A program made the translations under genes and the position numbers. This document shows positions 58,475 to 64,000 of a stretch of 64,000 nucleotides of DNA, piece after piece. The notes under the pieces were generated by a model that was not told where the DNA came from, made no database searches, and saw only the letters and a list, made by a program, of their open reading frames with translations. The stretch's first letter is position 1. Each line of letters begins with the position of its first letter. The stretch is from Cyanophora paradoxa CCMP329 (taxonomy: Eukaryota; Plantae; Glaucophyta), in contig QPMI01000551.1 in NCBI GenBank assembly GCA_004431415.1, positions 170,959 through 234,958 on the forward strand. Reading direction: 5' to 3'.

Positions 58475-58553
58475 ATCACACATATGAATATTCATATTTT
58501 AATCCCTCGGCGTTCCGCCTCAGGATTAAAATATGAATATTCATATGTGTGAT
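58475..58553. repeat. Hairpin: perfect 31-bp inverted repeat with a 17-nt imperfectly paired tip
   Basis: ATCACACATATGAATATTCATATTTTAATCC (58475-58505), then CTCGGCGTTCCGCCTCA, then GGATTAAAATATGAATATTCATATGTGTGAT (58523-58553). Confidence 0.97.
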
Positions 58554-58559
58554 TCGATG

Positions 58560-59260
58560 TTATATCAATAAAATCGATTAATTTATTTGAATTTTCACCT
58601 GAATTTTCATATTTTTACATGCATTTTCAATTAATTTAATCGATGTTATATCGATAAACTCGATTAATCGATATTGTATCTTAATTGTAGTTAATCGGAA
58701 TTATATCAATAACTTCGATTGATCTTAATTGAATCCTAAATGAATCTAATCGGAATTATATCAATAAATTCGATTAAATCATGTTCTTTTCCGATTAAAT
58801 CAATTAAATATTTAACTTTGTTATCAGAAGTGGTCTAAGTTGACTCACTTTTCATAAACATTTTGAACTCTTAGTCTCTTTGAATTTCTTAAGATGACTC
58901 AACTTAGTCAACTTAGTCAACTTTGTTACCATAATCAATCAGGGTGGACTCACTTTTAGATCAACTTTGAAATTTCAAGCAAAATCAACTTGGATTTCAA
59001 AAGTGGATCTTCTAAGTGGACTCAAAATGTTCACTTTGTGATACATGTTAGCTCAAATCCTTACTGTTTATGGTCAGGGTTGACTAAGTGGGGGAGTTGA
59101 CACATTTTTTGAAATCCTTTTTAGAAAACTTTAGGTCCCAAATATTTCCTGTGAAATTTGAGTCAACTCAACCCACTTAGTCAACCCTTGCATTGAATTC
59201 GTAACAAAATCCATATACTATTACTACTTTTACGATTAATATGAGTCAACCTTGAGTCAC
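58560..59260. promoter_or_regulatory. Non-coding terminal region with iteron-like direct repeats and an inverted repeat (putative origin/terminal repeat)
   Basis: TTATATCRATAAnnTCGATT at 58560, 58646, 58701 and 58756. Many GTTGACT/AGTCAAC/GTGGACTCA motifs. AGGGTTGACTAAGTGGG (59076-59092) is inverted at 59172-59188. Confidence 0.55.
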
Positions 59261-59495
59261 TTAAATATAAATATAATATAATAGGGGAATGAAGGGAATG
59301 TTGAGTTTTACTGTAATGAAATCGAATAGTATTCGAAATACTTGACATTGCTTAATGTAGGGTGCATTCATATTTCGGCTACATCATACAGTAGAATTTC
59401 TATCGTAAAGAATGACCGGAATCCGGAAAATAATCATTGTAGAAAGCTATTGTAATAAAAAGGTAAATCACCCTGATCATCATTATAGAAACTCA

Positions 59496-59894
59496 TCAAA
59501 ACGGGAATCTATCATGTTTATGTCTCTCAGTCTTCTCAAATGTGAGGAAATTCATTGTTTTATCGATCTCATCTGCTACTGCTTGTGTTTTATGCTGAGC
59601 TTCTTTACCACAACTGAATATATCAATTGCTAACATGCCTTCATTGGAATAACAATGAGCTGTACAATGGCTTTCATCTAATAGCAGAACCAATGCAAAA
59701 CCAGGAGGTGATAGTTTCCCATCAAATATCTCACAGTGTTTATGAACAATCCTAATACCTTGTCTCAATATTGCTTGTTCAAGGGTTCTCATAATCCAAT
59801 TACCAAGAAAGCTAACATGCTCATAGCCTGTTGCTATAGCTGTTTTAGCCTTGTAATCAAGCATTACATGAAAGCCTCTGTATTTAGTCTCCAT
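59496..59894 (-). CDS. speD: Pyruvoyl-dependent S-adenosylmethionine decarboxylase proenzyme (short prokaryotic class 1B type)
   Basis: Intact 132-aa ORF with G.HVMLD near the N-terminus and PPGFALVLLLDE^SHCTAHCYSNEGMLAIDIFSCG (ES autocleavage site, SH, DxFxCG). Confidence 0.9.
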   Translation of the reverse strand: METKYRGFHVMLDYKAKTAIATGYEHVSFLGNWIMRTLEQAILRQGIRIVHKHCEIFDGKLSPPGFALVLLLDESHCTAHCYSNEGMLAIDIFSCGKEAQHKTQAVADEIDKTMNFLTFEKTERHKHDRFPF

Positions 59895-59934
59895 TAAGAA
59901 TACCTTAGAAAAATTAATTAATCCTAATCGAACC

Positions 59935-60191
59935 TAATGCAAATATCCCTGTACTCTACTTTGATTGATGAAGTAGCCCTTTTCCTGTAAGCCTGAGAAT
60001 GCTTTTGTTGCATTCCTACAACCTGATCCCTTCACATGATTAAAGGATATGTAAGGATCACCTTGTTACACTGCAAACATCTAACAGATACTTCTCTTGA
60101 GCTTTGATGTAATGTGTCTCACTGTAATCGAATTTATCTTTACCATGAACTGTCATAGCAGCATCAATAAACTTTTTTGTTTACTATCCAT
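59935..60191 (-). pseudogene. Zinc-ribbon (DUF723-like) protein, frameshifted as assembled
   Basis: Across frames it reads KKFIDAAMTVHGKDKFDYSETHYIKAQEK / VSVRCLQCNK / FNHVKGSGCRN, the F..A..VHG..FDYS...Y...C..C...H..G.GC pattern of large-DNA-virus and phage zinc ribbons. Confidence 0.6.
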
Positions 60192-60194
60192 ACT

Positions 60195-61036
60195 CTATAT
60201 ATAACCAATATTCTTTGGAGCAGTATCCTGCCCAAAATGGGAAATATCGATTTGTCCCATAGTATTCAGCATAGGTATTCTGCTTTGCAATAAATCGGTT
60301 CTCTCAGCATATAATACACACTTGTAGATACCAAACTTGGTGGCTCTAACCAGAAACTGATAATCTTCCAAACCAAAATTGACTCCATGATAAGCAATTC
60401 CGAAATTATCATATGGGGTGATCACAACAGCAAAATTAGGAGTTCCACCCTCTACTTGACAAAGAGCATAAACATCTGGTGGGATATCCACAACTACCTT
60501 GTAGTGGTCACCAATTTCACAAGAGAGTCTACTACTGCTGTTTGTTCATTTACAACAATGGGGAATATTTTTTATATAGGGGCATTCATGCTGGGGACAT
60601 AGGTTCGAATTCTTGTGTTGGATCAATGGATTGGGTTGATCATTCACAAATAAAGGCGCTCCAACAGCCCCACCAACCCTAAGACCATCCCCAATATATG
60701 CTCCCCCCGATTTGCAGTTAATAGCTCCCGACCTAGATTCAAAAGAATAAGTAGACAGAGGATCTCCATAGCTATCTGGGTCTCCATAATGAGCAGAAAA
60801 GTTTGCATTTGTGACAAGTAGCTTAGTTGTCTTAACTATTCCATTATTTTTATCACATCTGAGTTCCTGTAATCTCAGTTTGTGGGTGGAACCAAAGGTG
60901 TTCATTGTAGGTTGGACCTCTGTGGATTGGAGACCCTCTACATCATCAAAGGTAGCATGCTGTAAAACATGGTTTGCTGGGGCAGCTAATGATAGTTTGA
61001 GGTGTAATAATTCGTTCAAGTGGGGTGCTCAGCCAT
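60195..61036 (-). CDS. Fibre-like virion protein paralogue 1 (frameshifted as assembled)
   Basis: ATG at 61036; shared module ELRCDKNNGIVKTTKLLVTNANF...KSGGAYIGDG. ORFs 60546-61019 and 60195-60491 are probably one gene. Confidence 0.55.
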
Positions 61037-61058
61037 TTTACATTAAAGGGATATATCT

Positions 61059-61892
61059 TTTATGGGGTTGGGTCATCAATTACATCTGGCTCCATGTAAA
61101 ACCCTGTAACTGAAAGAGTATCAGGAGTTACACCTCTAAGAGCTGATACAGCGGCTATATCTGTTCTCAAACCGATAAGAGTTATAGTATATAACCCAAT
61201 ATCAGTAACAAACAAGTCAAAGGTGAAATTATTATTATAACACAGTAGCCATAACCGAAATGATTATATCCTGAACATTGAAATAGTATCTATGACCTAC
61301 TTGATTGTTGTTGGCTCTACAAAGGGAAAGCATTGCAGATGGAATCGCAAGACCTCTCAGTACTCTTTGGTTCCTTCAATTAATTCCGAGTTTTCAAGAG
61401 TAACAGTATATCCAATGTAAAATTGAATTAATGGCTGCTGTGCAACAGGAGTATATAATCGAATTCGTTGGGGTCTTCTACATTTTGCTCTAGAGTATCT
61501 GGGACATCATTATACGAATTGAGGATGAAAGCTGACCTGAAATTCGACAGCCACCCCAATAAATGCTCCTCCTGATCTCACAGTAACAGCAGCAGAATTC
61601 TTATCGAAATCAAGGGCTTTCAGATCAACACTGTAAGCATCAGGACCTCCATTGGTAGGCTGGAAAAAGTTAGCATTTGTGACAAGAAGTCGAGTTGTTT
61701 TAACCACACCAGAATTCTTATCAGCTCTCAGCTCTTAACTCGAATAATCGAATTTTTATCAAGGAGTTGCCATTGGAATTGGGTCTCTCTGTGGATTCTA
61801 ACACGAACCTCATCATTTACTTCATGCTGGCGAAATGCATTGCAGGGGATCCAAGGAATATATAGCAGTTGAACTCGATTATATTCACCCAT
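61059..61892 (-). CDS. Fibre-like virion protein paralogue 2 (multiple frameshifts)
   Basis: ATG at 61892; ELRADKNSGVVKTTRLLVTNANF...VTVRSGGAFIG; ends DVIDDPTP* at 61059. Confidence 0.5.
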
Positions 61893-61922
61893 TGCTTCTT
61901 TTCTAAAGAAGAAAAATAATGT

Positions 61923-62184
61923 TCATTGTTCTTCTGTGACATAATTATATTCGATACCTTTCTTTACAGTTCCCCTTTGGAATGCATGTAAAACGATGGC
62001 TTCCTTTGAGGTTGGTATTTGAATTCCTGATGCAATGCAAGACTGGATCTCTTCTGAAACAATATCATCAATTGCAATTCTTGCCCTGTTATAACCACAT
62101 TATCAATCCAATCCTGAACAAAGCTGACAGAATTCCATTCCAGCTTCTCAGTATCTGAGAGAACTACTGGTAGATATTCGACAT
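61923..62184 (-). CDS. Small phage-like fibre-associated protein (frameshifted)
   Basis: LSDTEKLEWNSVSFVQDWIDNV / YNRARIAIDDIVSEEIQSCIASGIQIPTSKEAIVLHAFQRGTVKK; it lies directly downstream of a C1q fibre gene. Confidence 0.55.
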
Positions 62185-62205
62185 TCCTACTTATAAAGAG
62201 AAAAT

Positions 62206-63221
62206 TTATGTGACACTCAAAAGTTCACCTGTGAATGTTGTTCGATTTGTGTAGCTACCCCCATTATTTGTTACAAGTGTTATATACTCACCCATAGCAA
62301 TGTTAAGAATTACACTAATGTAAAGCGGTTTATTCGTAAGAGTTGAGTCATTGTGTTATGATACTTTGACCCCCTGGTCTTGGTCATTTACTTTTAAAGA
62401 GAGACTTATTGGACTACTTGAAGTTGAATGGGTATATGCTGTAAATCTGTAATGACCTGCACAGGAGCAGTGAACCTTCCATTACTGACATTGAATGCCC
62501 CCTATATTCACAAACACTACTCCCCAATTGATAAGAGCAGTTTCACTGGTAGCAACATGAGGATAATTAGTTGAACAGAAAATCGAGGCTGATAGTCATA
62601 TTTTAAATAACAATTTGTGTTGATTGTCAAGCGATTGGCTTCCAGAGTAGCCATAATATCACTGTTGCGTTTCAAAACAAGATTCACATTTGCTCCTGTA
62701 TCGATTTCAGGTGTGACCACCTTGGAAGTTGCTGTTATTATCGATTGTGTTGTTTCTGGAATACTTATGCCTCCATTGGCTGTTACTGAACCTGTAAATG
62801 TGCTTGTTCCTGTAATGTTTACTTGATTGGCTGTTAGAGTTCCATCAATCCTTGCCCCATCTCCAATATATGCCCCTCCACTTCTAACTGAAAGAGCAGC
62901 ATTATTAATTGTATTATCAAAAGTAACTATTTTGGGTGTGGTGAACCCTCCCACATTGTCATAAATTGCTGTATCTGAAACAATTTGACCTGATTGGACT
63001 TGGTTCTTGTTAGATACAATGAGTCCTGTGGTTCTTATTTTTCCCCCATTGCGATCACATCGAATTTCTTTGCATCTAATCACAGAATTTTGTGAAAACG
63101 AATCAGCCCCTGTTGTTTCTGTGCAAATAAACCCAGGTGTTGCATCTGTTACTGTATGGTTCAGTTGATGTATTTTTGGGGCGGCATAACAGAAAACAGG
63201 AACTGCTATTTGTGTGGACAT
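62206..63221 (-). CDS. Fibre-like protein paralogue 3 with C-terminal C1q/TNF-like head
   Basis: EIRCDRNGGKIRTTGLIVSN...SVRSGGAYIGDGARIDGTLTA. After frameshifts it reads GAFNVSNGRFTAPV and ends TFTGELLSVT*. Confidence 0.65.
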
Positions 63222-63243
63222 TCTTTATATTATACAGATAATA

Positions 63244-64000
63244 TTATGTAGCAGTAACAAGATAACAAGAAAAATAGTATCTGATATCAAATTGAAGACT
63301 GGCTCCAGAAGAATTGCGTATATCAAAGGAGTCACCTTCAATAACAGAAAGTAAAATTTCATATGAAATTGGAGTTACAAATGTATTAGAAATCCCTGCG
63401 GACGGCATTGAAACCCTTGTTGGATGGTTGTAGGATTTCCATTTAAATAAATGCTGGTAGCAATATGAGTATAAGAGGTTGTGCCAGCTCTCATACATGC
63501 AAAGAACACCCTATATACTCCGGAAACAGGAGCTGTAAATTTTGTGGATGAAAAGTTTCCTTCATTGTTTACAAGATAAGCTCCATTTATAAAGTTAAAG
63601 GGTGTTCCAGCTGTAAGTATTATGGACCCTGTCAAACCAGGAGCTTGTCTTGATATATTCATTCTTGGACAATAGGATCGTTTCAGACCACTATTTTCCG
63701 GGATTGTGATTGCTTTCAGATCTGTTATTGTCTTTTCGAGAGTGAAAATGGTATTTCCGTTTCGTTTATAATTCACATTTGCATCTGTCCCATTATCCAT
63801 CTCAGGGCATTAACTCTTGTTGTAGCTTTTCGAGTTTCAACGCTAACATTTCCCAAAGTCCACCATTGAAGGTCATCAATCCTGTAATGAACTTGTCCCA
63901 TTCACATTTAATTGATTCGCTGTTACAGTCCCTGCAACATTTGCCCCATCTCCAATGTATGCTCCTCACTCTTGACAACAAAGCCGAATTATTTATTGTG
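63244..64000 (-). CDS. Fibre-like protein paralogue 4 with C1q/TNF-like head (5' part outside the window)
   Basis: GAYIGDGANVAG near 63930-63970; NNEGNFSSTKFTAPVSGVYRVFF; ends EGDSFDIR...YYFSCYLVTAT*. Confidence 0.65.

Larger units (their letters stand above)
58475..64000 (-). mobile_element. Endogenous virus-like element, left end (continues beyond the window)
   Basis: Abrupt drop from very high GC to AT-rich DNA. Genes are densely packed, co-oriented and intron-free, with virus-type products (fibre/C1q, zinc ribbon, AdoMetDC). There is a terminal hairpin and a repeat-rich leader. No capsid, polymerase or integrase is visible inside the window. Confidence 0.8.

Noticed and set aside
58475-64000. 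Assigning the AT-rich block to a specific virus class, organelle DNA or a prophage
   Set aside because: No capsid, polymerase, terminase, integrase or organellar gene is present in the window, so only a generic virus-like call is supported.

Overview
Eukaryotic nuclear DNA from a very GC-rich, intron-dense, probably flagellated protist. Introns are mostly 45-150 nt and GC-AG introns are unusually frequent. The style recalls the glaucophyte Cyanophora, but the organism is not provable from this window. Most long ORFs in the supplied track are GC artefacts; the real genes are spliced. Layout: (1) 1-19.7 kb, one giant minus-strand gene for a Cys-rich surface or secreted protein whose 3' part is at least 7 tandem copies of a ~1.64 kb, 7-exon cassette. 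(2) 21-28.3 kb, a P4-ATPase flippase. (3) 28.6-30.8 kb, a KICSTOR subunit KICS2/C12orf66 homologue. (4) 30981-53138, a direct tandem duplication of an 11.08 kb block carrying a CFAP96-like flagellar gene, a MED19-like gene, an SNM1/PSO2 nuclease, an F-box gene and a coiled-coil gene that is truncated in copy 1. (5) 54-58.4 kb, a cluster of MITEs and other TE remnants. (6) From 58475 to the window end, an abrupt switch to AT-rich, intron-free, virus-like DNA. This block begins exactly at a perfect 31-bp-arm hairpin with an imperfectly paired tip. It continues with an iteron-like non-coding region, a pyruvoyl AdoMet decarboxylase, a zinc-ribbon protein, four paralogous fibre-like genes sharing an N-terminal module (two ending in C1q/TNF-like heads) and a cyanophage-like small accessory gene. 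The best candidate for a novel system is this endogenous virus-like element, which appears to be joined to the host through an opened hairpin telomere. Family assignments come from recalled motifs, not database searches.
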